From positions 1-56,026 of the forward strand of contig JAJZRC010000002.1 of assembly GCA_021847435.1 (NCBI GenBank): a DNA stretch of 56,026 nt, given 5' to 3'. Of this stretch, positions 23,924-32,285 are shown piece after piece (positions within the stretch are counted from its first letter, which is position 1; every line of letters begins with the position of its first letter). Position numbers and translations under genes: made by a program. This DNA is from a bacterium (GTDB lineage Bacteria > Patescibacteriota > Doudnabacteria > UBA920). Below the pieces are notes generated by a model. It saw nothing but the letters and a program-made list of their open reading frames with translations. It was not told the origin of the DNA and did no database searches.

Positions 23924-25642
23924 ATGAACAATTTGTTTTTTGAACTGACAATAATTTTAATTCTGGCCGGTTTGGTCTCTTTTTTAGCGAGCCTGCTGAA
24001 GCAGCCAAGCGTAATTGGCTACATCCTTACAGGGTTGATCGCGGGGCCTTTGGGATATTACCGGCTCCAGCAGGGCGACGTGTTTTCCACCATGGCGGAA
24101 ATCGGCATTACGCTGCTCTTGTTCATGGTAGGGATGCAGCTGGACGTAAGCCAGCTTAAGCGGCTGGGCAAGACTTCGCTTTTGGTAGGTATGGGGCAAA
24201 TACTTTTTACTACAATTATAGGCTTTGGCATTTTGCGCCTTTTGGGCCTCGGCACTGTGGCCTCGCTATATATTGCGCCGGCCTTGACTTTTTCTTCCAC
24301 CATTATTGTAGTTAAGCTGCTCGGGGAGAAAAAGGACATGCAAAGCCTGTATGGCAAGCTCGTGGTGGGTATTTTTCTGACACAGGATTTTGTGGCGATT
24401 TTGATTTTAATAGCGCTTTCCAGCCTGGGTTCGGCGGGCAGCGGCTTTTACGCTTCCCTGCCCCTGTGGCAGAGCCTGATGATGGCTTTGGTCCGCGGCT
24501 TGATTTTGGTGCTATGCGTGTGGTGGCTGAGCGCAAAAGTTTTTCCCAAGGTTTTGCAGCATATCGGCAACAATGATGAGCTGATGCTGGTTTTTTCCCT
24601 GGCCTGGGCTTTGGGCCTGGCAAGCCTGGTGTCGTTGCCGGTTATGGGTTTTAGCCTGGAAGTCGGCGGATTTTTGGCCGGGCTGTCTTTGGCGCGCGGC
24701 GGCGTGCATTATGAAATTAGCGGAAAAATCAAGCCAATCCGCGATTTTTTCATCATCATTTTTTTCATCGTGCTGGGGTCAGGGCTGGTGTTGGACAACC
24801 TTTGGGCAATTTCCCGTCCGGCAATCATCCTTTCCCTCTTTGTGCTTATCGGCAATCCGCTCATTGTCATGGTGCTGCTGGGGGCTTTGGGCTACAAGCC
24901 GCGCACTGGTTTTTTGGCCGGGGTGACGGTGGCCCAAATTTCCGAGTTTAGCCTTATTTTGGTGGCTTCCGGCCTGCAGCTAGGGCATTTGCGGCAAGCG
25001 GAAGTTGCCATGGTCACAATGGTGGGCATTATCACCATAGCAGTTTCTTCATACCTGATTATGTATGCTTCGCAGATCTTCGACCGGATAAAGTTCATTT
25101 TGCGGATTTTTGATTTCCGCAAAGGATCTGCCGAGAAACATTCGCATACCGCTTCCTTAAAAAACCATATCGTGCTGATTGGCGTTAACCGCCTGGGCCA
25201 CCATTTGGTAGACGTGCTGCATAAGCAAAAAAAAGCTTTCGTAATCGTGGACTTTAACCCCGAAGTCGTGGAGCGATACGTGCAAAAAGGTTTTTTGGCC
25301 GTTTGCGGGGACGGTACTGACGAAGTGGTGCAGGAACAGGCCAATTTAAGCGGCGCCAAGCTGGTCATTTCCACGGTGCCGGACTTTAACGACAATCTGG
25401 CCCTGCTCCACGCGGTCAGGCGCGCCACGGCCCATAAGCGGTTCCGCCCCAAGCTGATATTCATTGCCCAGGACGAGGCGGAAACCAAAATGCTTTACGA
25501 CGCGGGCGTGGATTACGTCATTTCCCCGCACTTCATGGGCGGCCTGCATTTGGCAAAAATTTTGGAAGGCCGCGAACTGTCGGCGGGCCTGAAAAAAATC
25601 CGCGAGCACCATTTGAATATACTGGCTGACAACGGCCGCTAA
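23924..25642 (+). CDS. CPA2-family cation:proton antiporter with C-terminal RCK/TrkA-N domain (Kef-like)
   Basis: 572 aa from the ATG at 23924. Polytopic Na+/H+ exchanger-like N-terminal part, then a Rossmann-like IVLIGVNRLG region. Confidence 0.8.
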   Translation: MNNLFFELTIILILAGLVSFLASLLKQPSVIGYILTGLIAGPLGYYRLQQGDVFSTMAEIGITLLLFMVGMQLDVSQLKRLGKTSLLVGMGQILFTTIIGFGILRLLGLGTVASLYIAPALTFSSTIIVVKLLGEKKDMQSLYGKLVVGIFLTQDFVAILILIALSSLGSAGSGFYASLPLWQSLMMALVRGLILVLCVWWLSAKVFPKVLQHIGNNDELMLVFSLAWALGLASLVSLPVMGFSLEVGGFLAGLSLARGGVHYEISGKIKPIRDFFIIIFFIVLGSGLVLDNLWAISRPAIILSLFVLIGNPLIVMVLLGALGYKPRTGFLAGVTVAQISEFSLILVASGLQLGHLRQAEVAMVTMVGIITIAVSSYLIMYASQIFDRIKFILRIFDFRKGSAEKHSHTASLKNHIVLIGVNRLGHHLVDVLHKQKKAFVIVDFNPEVVERYVQKGFLAVCGDGTDEVVQEQANLSGAKLVISTVPDFNDNLALLHAVRRATAHKRFRPKLIFIAQDEAETKMLYDAGVDYVISPHFMGGLHLAKILEGRELSAGLKKIREHHLNILADNGR

Positions 25643-25667
25643 AGCTTCCCTTTGGGAAGCTTTTTTG
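25641..25667 (+). terminator. intrinsic terminator
   Basis: AAAGCTTCCC-TTT-GGGAAGCTTT followed by TTTT. Overlaps the stop codon. Confidence 0.7.
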
Positions 25668-25801
25668 ATATCATCATTTTATCAGCCTCCGCCGGGAACA
25701 TCACGGGCTTGTCTTAATATAAAACCGGCACGAGCCGGTTCAGATAATTAAAATGCGAAATTCAAGCTTCGGCTGATTCCAAGTTTTACAGCGGCAAATC
25801 C

Positions 25802-27148
25802 ATGAAACTTTACAATACTTTAAGCAAAAAAGTTGAAGAAATAGAAAAGGCCGATAGCCTGAATCTGTATACTTGCGGCCCGACTGTCTATAATTTCGCG
25901 CACATCGGCAATCTGCGCAGCTATGTGATGGCAGACCTGCTTTACCGAACCCTCAAGCGCGAGGGCTACAACCCCAGGTGGGTCATGAATATCACCGACA
26001 TCGATGATAAAACCATTAAGGGGGCGATTGCGGAATTCGGGCAGCGGGCTTCGGTACAGGATTTAAAAAATCATACGGCCAAGTATGCCGACGCGTTTAT
26101 CGCCGACTTAAAAGCCATGAATATCGGCGCCGATGAAATCGAGTTCGTCCGGGTGACCGATGTTATGCCGCGGATCCAGGAGTTTATTGTCGGCCTGCTC
26201 AACAAGGGCTACGCCTACAAGGCGGATGACGGCAGTGTGTATTTCAGCATAGAAAAATATCAGAGCGAGTTCGGCGATTACGGCCAGCTGGTAGGCCCGA
26301 GATTTTTGGAAGGTAAAAAAATCGGCGCGCGCGTGGCCGTGGATGAATACGAAAAAGACAACCTGAGCGATTTTGCCCTTTGGAAAGCCTGGAACCCGCA
26401 AAGCGACGGCCAGATTTTCTGGGAGTATGCGCTGTTGGGAAAAGGCAGGCCGGGCTGGCACATAGAATGCTCGGCCATTAATCATTTTGCTTTTGGCGGC
26501 AAGGCAACCGATATCCATACCGGGGGCGTGGACCTGATTTTCCCCCACCACACCAATGAAATCGCCCAAAGCCGGCCGGTTTACAGTCCGTTCGTAAAAT
26601 ACTGGCACCATTGCGAGCATCTGCAGGTGGACGGCAAAAAAATGGCCAAGCGAGAGCAAAACATATACACTCTGGCCGATCTCGCCGCCAAAGGATTTTC
26701 GGGCCTGGACTTAAGGTGCTTTTTCCTAACTGCCGGTTTCTCCAGCCAGCAGAATTTTACCTGGCAGGCATTGCTTGCGGCAAAAGCATCGCGGGAAAAA
26801 TTATCAGCGCTGCCGGAAACAGGCAGCCTCGCCGAACCGGTTTTGCAGGCGCTGGATAATAATCTGAACGGCTCCGAAGCCCTGGCCGCGGTTTGGTCAG
26901 GCGGCGCCAAAAGCAGCGGCCTGGACCAGGTGTTGGGTCTGGACTTGATGTCTCAGCCCGCCAAACTTTATGTAAATGTCGGCGATGATGTTAAATTATC
27001 AGAATTGGTCGCATTAAGGCAGGCAGCCAGGGACCAAAAAGATTTTTCCAAATCGGATGAAATAAGAAAACAAATTGAAGACTTGGGCTACGAAGTTTTG
27101 GATACTACCGAGGGGCAAAAGTTAAAACGTAAAATAACCTTAAATTAG
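25802..27148 (+). CDS. cysS: cysteinyl-tRNA synthetase
   Basis: 448 aa. HIGH-type AHIGNLRSY, GWHIECS zinc site, and a KMSKS-type KKMAKR. Confidence 0.9.
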   Translation: MKLYNTLSKKVEEIEKADSLNLYTCGPTVYNFAHIGNLRSYVMADLLYRTLKREGYNPRWVMNITDIDDKTIKGAIAEFGQRASVQDLKNHTAKYADAFIADLKAMNIGADEIEFVRVTDVMPRIQEFIVGLLNKGYAYKADDGSVYFSIEKYQSEFGDYGQLVGPRFLEGKKIGARVAVDEYEKDNLSDFALWKAWNPQSDGQIFWEYALLGKGRPGWHIECSAINHFAFGGKATDIHTGGVDLIFPHHTNEIAQSRPVYSPFVKYWHHCEHLQVDGKKMAKREQNIYTLADLAAKGFSGLDLRCFFLTAGFSSQQNFTWQALLAAKASREKLSALPETGSLAEPVLQALDNNLNGSEALAAVWSGGAKSSGLDQVLGLDLMSQPAKLYVNVGDDVKLSELVALRQAARDQKDFSKSDEIRKQIEDLGYEVLDTTEGQKLKRKITLN

Positions 27149-27155
27149 CCCCTTT

Positions 27156-27176
27156 TTGTCCACCTGCTTATCCACA
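27156..27176 (+). promoter_or_regulatory. two direct DnaA-box-like 9-mers (TTGTCCACC, TTATCCACA)
   Basis: 27168..27176 matches the classical TTATCCACA consensus exactly. 27156..27164 has two mismatches to it. Confidence 0.4.
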
Positions 27177-27190
27177 CAGTCTTGAGGAAA

Positions 27191-27214
27191 ACGCCCCAAT
27201 TTGGGGCGTTTTTG
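27191..27214 (+). terminator. intrinsic terminator of cysS
   Basis: ACGCCCC-AATTT-GGGGCGT followed by TTTT. Confidence 0.7.
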
Positions 27215-27218
27215 GCTC

Positions 27219-27247
27219 TTGGAAGCACGCCTGATTCAGGTTATAAT
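27219..27247 (+). promoter_or_regulatory. sigma70-type promoter for dnaB (TTGGAA-17-TATAAT)
   Basis: Spacer counted at 17 nt. Confidence 0.5.
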
Positions 27248-27313
27248 ACTTTATGTAGCTTTAAATTCGGCCTAAAATCAGGCCTTTCTATAATACCCGT
27301 TATTTCTTCTCTT

Positions 27314-28705
27314 ATGGAAAACAATATATCAGGCGCTAAAATGCCACCCCAGAATGCTGAAGCAGAAATGTCGGTTTTGGGCTGCTTGATGCTGGACAGG
27401 GACGCGCTAATTAAAATCGGCGATGTACTCGTGGCTGACGATTTTTACGAAGGCCGCCATAAAACCATTTTTGAGGCAGTAATCGCGCTGTCGGAGAAAA
27501 ACGTGTCCATAGATATTTTGACAGTGACCAACTGGCTGGAAGAGCGCAAGCTGCTTGACCGCGTGGGCGGTTCCAGCTACCTGACCCAGCTGGTCAACGC
27601 GGTCCCCTCTTCCGCGCACATTTCCCATTACGCGTTTATCGTCCGGAAAAAAGGCACGCTGCGCAAGCTGATCAACGCGGCCAATGACATGACTAATTTG
27701 GCCTTTAACGAAGAGGGCGACATTGAGGATATTTTGGACGCGGCGGAACAGAAATTGTTCAATATTTCCCAAAAGCACTTAAAGCAGAATTTTGTTTCCA
27801 TTGGCAACATTCTGCATTCCACTTTCGAAAGGATAGACGAACTGCACCGCGACAAGGGTTCGTTGCGCGGCGTTCCTACCGGCTATGTGGATTTGGACAA
27901 CCTGCTGGGGGGGCTTCAAAAATCCGACCTGGTGGTGCTGGCCGCCCGCCCGTCCATGGGAAAAACTTCGCTGGCTTTGGACATAATGCGCCATGTGGCC
28001 GTGAACGCCAAAGTTCCGGTTGGAATTTTTTCTTTGGAAATGAGCAAGGACCAGCTGGTGGACCGCCTGCTTTCCAGCCAGAGCGACGTGAATTTATGGA
28101 AAATCCGCACCGGGCATTTAAACGACGAAGATTTTGAAAAGATCGGCCAGGCCATGGGCGAACTTTCCGAATCCCCTATTTTCATAGATGACGCGGCCGG
28201 CAGCAATATTATGGAAGTTCGGACCAAGGCCAGGCGTTTGCATTCCGAGCATGGCGTTGGGCTGATTGTGGTGGACTACTTGCAGTTCATGCAGGGCCGC
28301 AGCACGGAAAACCGCGTGCAGGAAGTCAGTGAAATTTCCCGCGCCTTGAAATTGCTGGCGCGCGAAATTAATGTTCCCGTGCTGGCCCTGTCCCAGCTCT
28401 CCCGCGGCGTGGAAAACCGCCCCGACAAAGTGCCACAGCTGTCGGACTTGCGCGAATCCGGTTCCATTGAGCAGGATGCGGACGTGGTCATGTTCATTTA
28501 CCGCGAAGAAATGTACAAGGGCAAAGATTCCCGCCGCCCGCACATTGCGGAAATACACATCAAAAAGCACAGAAACGGCCCTACCGGCATGGTGGACTTG
28601 TATTTTGACGCGGACAAGACCAGCTTTAGGAATTTGGACAAGTCTTTTGACGTTTCCCCCCAGGCCGTAATGGATTCAATGGTCCCGGCGGAAGAACCGG
28701 TGTAA
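27314..28705 (+). CDS. dnaB: replicative DNA helicase DnaB
   Basis: 463 aa from the ATG at 27314. Has PQNAEAEMSVLG, Walker A ARPSMGKTS, and the LSQLSR / ESGSIEQDAD motifs. Confidence 0.95.
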   Translation: MENNISGAKMPPQNAEAEMSVLGCLMLDRDALIKIGDVLVADDFYEGRHKTIFEAVIALSEKNVSIDILTVTNWLEERKLLDRVGGSSYLTQLVNAVPSSAHISHYAFIVRKKGTLRKLINAANDMTNLAFNEEGDIEDILDAAEQKLFNISQKHLKQNFVSIGNILHSTFERIDELHRDKGSLRGVPTGYVDLDNLLGGLQKSDLVVLAARPSMGKTSLALDIMRHVAVNAKVPVGIFSLEMSKDQLVDRLLSSQSDVNLWKIRTGHLNDEDFEKIGQAMGELSESPIFIDDAAGSNIMEVRTKARRLHSEHGVGLIVVDYLQFMQGRSTENRVQEVSEISRALKLLAREINVPVLALSQLSRGVENRPDKVPQLSDLRESGSIEQDADVVMFIYREEMYKGKDSRRPHIAEIHIKKHRNGPTGMVDLYFDADKTSFRNLDKSFDVSPQAVMDSMVPAEEPV

Positions 28706-28710
28706 AATAA

Positions 28711-28800
28711 ATGACAAATATTAAAAAATGACATAATTGACAAAAGTGACAGCAGGCAGTTTTTGTTCACTTCCGTGGTTTTTGTCATTCATGTTCATTG
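28711..28800. repeat. TGACA/TGTCA-rich block, homologous to 7785..7885
   Basis: ATGACA, ATGACA, TTGACA, GTGACA, then TTGTTCAC, TTTTGTCAT and ATGTTCAT. Ends immediately before the recR ATG. Confidence 0.5.
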
Positions 28801-28806
28801 TCTCTT

Positions 28807-29418
28807 ATGACCAAGCTTCCTTCCTCTTTGCAAAAATTGATTAACGAGTTTTCCCGTCTGCCCGGCGTTGGCCCCAAAACGGCCCAGCGCCTGGCTTTTT
28901 ATTTGCTTAAACAGGACAATATTGATATTAACTCCCTGTCACAGGCCGTGGCCAATGTTAAAAACGGCATTATTTTTTGCTCCCAATGCCATAATATGGG
29001 CCAAACGGACCCTTGCACTACCTGCACGGATGAAAAGCGCGACCATTCGCTGGTTTGCGTGGTGGAGGAGCCGCTGGATGCCCAGGCCATAGATAAAAGC
29101 GGCCAGTACAGCGGCGTTTTTCATGTGCTGGGCGGAGTGCTGAATCCTTTGGAAGGAATTGGTCCGGAGAATTTGCAAATTGAAAGCTTACTGGCAAGAA
29201 TCAGGAATCAGGAATCAGGAATTACCGAAGTTATTATTGCGACCAATCCTTCACTGGAGGGCGAAACTACCGCGATGCATTTATCAAAAGTGATTAAAGC
29301 ACAATCGCCTAATGTCAAAATAACCCGCATTGCCCGCGGGCTGCCCATGGGCGGCGACTTGGAGTACGCGGACGACATAACTTTAATCAGAGCAATGGAA
29401 GGAAGAAGGGAGTATTAG
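28807..29418 (+). CDS. recR: recombination protein RecR
   Basis: LPGVGPKTAQRLAF (HhH), a C4 zinc finger CSQC...CTTC, and a Toprim segment (ATNPSLEGETTA). Confidence 0.9.
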   Translation: MTKLPSSLQKLINEFSRLPGVGPKTAQRLAFYLLKQDNIDINSLSQAVANVKNGIIFCSQCHNMGQTDPCTTCTDEKRDHSLVCVVEEPLDAQAIDKSGQYSGVFHVLGGVLNPLEGIGPENLQIESLLARIRNQESGITEVIIATNPSLEGETTAMHLSKVIKAQSPNVKITRIARGLPMGGDLEYADDITLIRAMEGRREY

Positions 29419-29451
29419 GGAATTTCTAATTTTTAATTTCCAAAATGAAAC

Positions 29452-30078
29452 ATGAAGCTGTTTTTGACCTCAAAATTTACTAATGTGCACGGGGAGCTGA
29501 AATCGTTGCTGGACCGCAATCCGAAAGATTTAAGGTTGGCTTTTATTCCCACGGCCGCGGACCCGTATAAAAATAAGGATTTTGTTAAAAATGATCTTGA
29601 ATGTCTTAGAAAGATGGGTTTTCACATCAAAATTGTGGATTTGAAAAATAAGACGAAAAGCAAGCTCGCTGAATTTTTACATGGGGCGGATGTAATTTTT
29701 GTCGAAGGCGGGAGTACTTTTTATTTGTTGAAAGAAGCCAGAAAAAGCGGTTTTTTGGAAATTGTGCCCAAACTGGTTCAAAACGGAACCGTATATGTTG
29801 GCGTGAGCGCGGGAACATATCTTGCCTGTCCGAGTATTGAGCAGTCTAATTGGAAGCACAAAGGCAGTAATTTTGTGAGATTAAGGAATCTTAATGCGCT
29901 TGGGTTGGTCCCGTATTTAATCTCAGTTCATTACAAGCCAGAATATTCGGAATTAATAAAAATCGGTAAAGAAAACAGCAGGTTTAAGGTTAGGATATTG
30001 AATGACAATCAGGCTTTCGTGATTTTAGGCAATAAGACTAAGCTCGTTGGCAAGGACCAAAAAGAAATTCGAGTATGA
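29452..30078 (+). CDS. peptidase S51 (dipeptidase E-like)
   Basis: 208 aa. Has FVEGGSTFYLL and GVSAG (nucleophile Ser context). Confidence 0.7.
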   Translation: MKLFLTSKFTNVHGELKSLLDRNPKDLRLAFIPTAADPYKNKDFVKNDLECLRKMGFHIKIVDLKNKTKSKLAEFLHGADVIFVEGGSTFYLLKEARKSGFLEIVPKLVQNGTVYVGVSAGTYLACPSIEQSNWKHKGSNFVRLRNLNALGLVPYLISVHYKPEYSELIKIGKENSRFKVRILNDNQAFVILGNKTKLVGKDQKEIRV

Positions 30079-30756
30079 GCATGAACAGCATAATTTTAAA
30101 TCCGGAAAACGTGACCGATTCAGAGGTTTTGACTTATGAAAAAAGAATTTCTGTCAGGGCTCTTGTATTTGATGACCAAAATAGAATCGCTCTAATGAAC
30201 CTAACAAAACGAGGTTATTATAAGCTTCCCGGAGGAGGTATGGAGCCTGGAGAAGATGAGGAAAGCTCATTAAGACGCGAGTGTCTGGAAGAATTAGGGC
30301 GCAGAATTGAAATATCCAGAAAGTTTGCCAAGGTAGTTGAATATATATAGGACTTACGCACTGAGCCAAGTTCGAGGCATTTTCCGAGGATTTTTGGAGG
30401 CGTAGCCGGGTTACGCCGATAAAAACCGCAGGAAAATAACGAAGAAATTGGCCGGAGCCGCTTTTTATGGGACGGGCTTTGCCAGTCCCAAAAAGCGGCG
30501 GTGCGTAAGTCCTAATATAAAAATGTTTAAATTGGTTCACTATTCTTATTGTTATTTGGCAAAAGTAACGGGTGAAGAGGGCGTGCCAAATTTTACCGAA
30601 GACGAAATTAAAGACGGTTTTGAGATTTTATGGGTTTCTCCGGAAAAAGCACTGAATATTTTGAAGTCTGATATCACTGAAATTCCTGTAGCAAGACTAT
30701 ACATTCTTCCAAGAGAAAAATATTTTTTAGAAAAGTTCATAAAAAAGACCCCTTAA
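30075..30756 (+). pseudogene. NUDIX hydrolase gene split by MITE copy 2
   Basis: The N-terminal part (30075..30350) carries the Nudix box GGGMEPGEDEESSLRRECLEELG. The C-terminal part (30513..30756) continues a NUDIX-like fold (SYCYLAKV...WVSPEKAL) in another frame. Deleting 30350..30512 joins the two in frame. Confidence 0.75.
30350..30512 (+). mobile_element. MITE-like element, copy 2 (163 bp), inside the NUDIX gene
   Basis: Perfect 12 bp terminal inverted repeat GGACTTACGCAC/GTGCGTAAGTCC, with TA on both flanks. Confidence 0.8.
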
Positions 30757-30767
30757 CGGGGTCTTTT

Positions 30768-31061
30768 TTATGCTTTGGTGATTTCTACTTCTGTGTATGC
30801 TTGTCTTGCACCGATTTTGCGGCGGTACTTGCTCTTGGCTTTGTATTTGAGAACGTGGATTTTTTTGCCGCGGCTCTGTTTTAGCACTTTGCCTTCCACT
30901 GCCGCGCCGGACAAATACGGTTTGCCGATTTCGCCGTCTTGGAACAAGACTTTGTCGAATTTGATGGTTTGGCCCGCTTCACCGGCCAGTTTTTCCACTT
31001 GAATTTTGTCGCCTGCGGAGACCAGATACTGCTTTCCGCCGGATTCAATAATAGCTAACAT
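30768..31061 (-). CDS. rplU: 50S ribosomal protein L21
   Basis: MLAIIESGGKQYLVSAGDKIQVEKL is typical of L21. Confidence 0.9.
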   Translation of the reverse strand: MLAIIESGGKQYLVSAGDKIQVEKLAGEAGQTIKFDKVLFQDGEIGKPYLSGAAVEGKVLKQSRGKKIHVLKYKAKSKYRRKIGARQAYTEVEITKA

Positions 31062-31106
31062 AAATATAATGAGCGCTAGTAATTAGTAAATAACTGTTAT
31101 AGTCTA

Positions 31107-32216
31107 TCATTTTTGGGGATTTTCGTCAACTGTGCGCCCCCCATAATCAAACAAATCCGGAATATGAGGGTGCTGGCGCTTATAAATCATTACGGTAATT
31201 AGCGCAATGGCAATCATTATGGCAAGCAAAATAATTAATGCAATTAATTTTCCCAGGCTTTGCAAAAAGACAGCCACGCTGCCAAAAACAGCAGATATGC
31301 CGTAGAGAATCAGCACTGCCTGGCGCTGGGAGAGGCCGATATCTAAAAGTTTAAAGTGCAGGTGTTGGCGGTCACCGGAAAAAGGGCTTCTTTTGTACCA
31401 CAGGCGCTTTACTATCACCCAGGCCACGTCCAAAATGGGGATGCCCATGACTAAGAGCGCGGTGGCGATTTTAGCGCCAGAAATTACGGCCAGCACGCCC
31501 AAAATAAATCCTAAAAAAGTGCTGCCTCCTTCTCCCAAGAAAATCGATGCCGGGTTAAAGGCATAAAAAAGGTAGCCTGACAGTGCGCCGGAAAAAATTA
31601 TTGCCAGGGTGGCGGTGATTGGCTGGTTGATCTTCTCGGTAAGCGAAAGCGCGAACATGGTCAATCCGCCAATCAAGGCAATGCCTGCGCAAAGGCCGTC
31701 CAGTCCGTCCAGCAGCTTGGTGGTGAAAATCATGCCCATCATCCATGTCCAAATAAAAATTCCCGAGAGCGGCAGTCCCAAAAAAACATAGTCCAGGCTA
31801 ATTGGCTGTCCAAAAGGATTGGATATGAATTTTATGCCCACGCCGATCCCCGACCAGACTACGATCAAGCTTGCCAGCGCGGGAAACAGCCAAAGGACTT
31901 TCGGCGGCAGGTTGAGCTTGTCATCCAACGCGCCGCCTAAAATAAGCACCAGTCCGCCAGAAACAATCCCCAAAAAGAATTTTGCCGGCGCTATATGAAA
32001 ATCAGGCCTGCCCAAAGCAAGGTAAAGCGCGAGCGGCAGCAAAAAGCTCAAAAATACAGCTGCGCCGCCAAGCAGGGGCATGGAGGTGCTGTGGATTTTT
32101 TTGGGGTGGCTTCCCGGGGCGTCCACTATCCGGAAGCGCAACGCAAGTTTTTTTGCCAGCGGGGTTAGGGCTAAAGCTAGAACCAATGCCAGAAAAAAAT
32201 AAATAAGAAATTGCAT
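31107..32216 (-). CDS. polyprenyl-phosphate N-acetylhexosamine-1-phosphate transferase (MraY/WecA family, GT4)
   Basis: 369 aa polytopic protein. Has LGGAAVF, DDKLNLP and DGLDGL motifs. Confidence 0.8.
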   Translation of the reverse strand: MQFLIYFFLALVLALALTPLAKKLALRFRIVDAPGSHPKKIHSTSMPLLGGAAVFLSFLLPLALYLALGRPDFHIAPAKFFLGIVSGGLVLILGGALDDKLNLPPKVLWLFPALASLIVVWSGIGVGIKFISNPFGQPISLDYVFLGLPLSGIFIWTWMMGMIFTTKLLDGLDGLCAGIALIGGLTMFALSLTEKINQPITATLAIIFSGALSGYLFYAFNPASIFLGEGGSTFLGFILGVLAVISGAKIATALLVMGIPILDVAWVIVKRLWYKRSPFSGDRQHLHFKLLDIGLSQRQAVLILYGISAVFGSVAVFLQSLGKLIALIILLAIMIAIALITVMIYKRQHPHIPDLFDYGGRTVDENPQK

Positions 32217-32285
32217 GAGACTTTTTACCGTTGATCCCCCGTCCTTTACTTATGCCTGAGCCCGTAAAGGATTAAGGATGAAAGA

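Noticed and set aside
25668-25801. Riboswitch or T-box leader upstream of cysS.
   Set aside because: The gap is only about 130 nt and has a single short hairpin (AACCGGC-ACGA-GCCGGTT). That is too short and lacks conserved riboswitch motifs.
27156-27176. Chromosomal origin (oriC) at the DnaA boxes.
   Set aside because: There are only two boxes, no AT-rich unwinding element is evident, and dnaA/dnaN are not nearby.
30350-30512. Self-splicing intron or retron msr/msd as the identity of the 163 bp element.
   Set aside because: It is far too short for group I or group II introns. No reverse transcriptase is adjacent. Three dispersed copies with terminal inverted repeats and TA flanks fit a MITE better. 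RNA-level removal is still listed as something to test.
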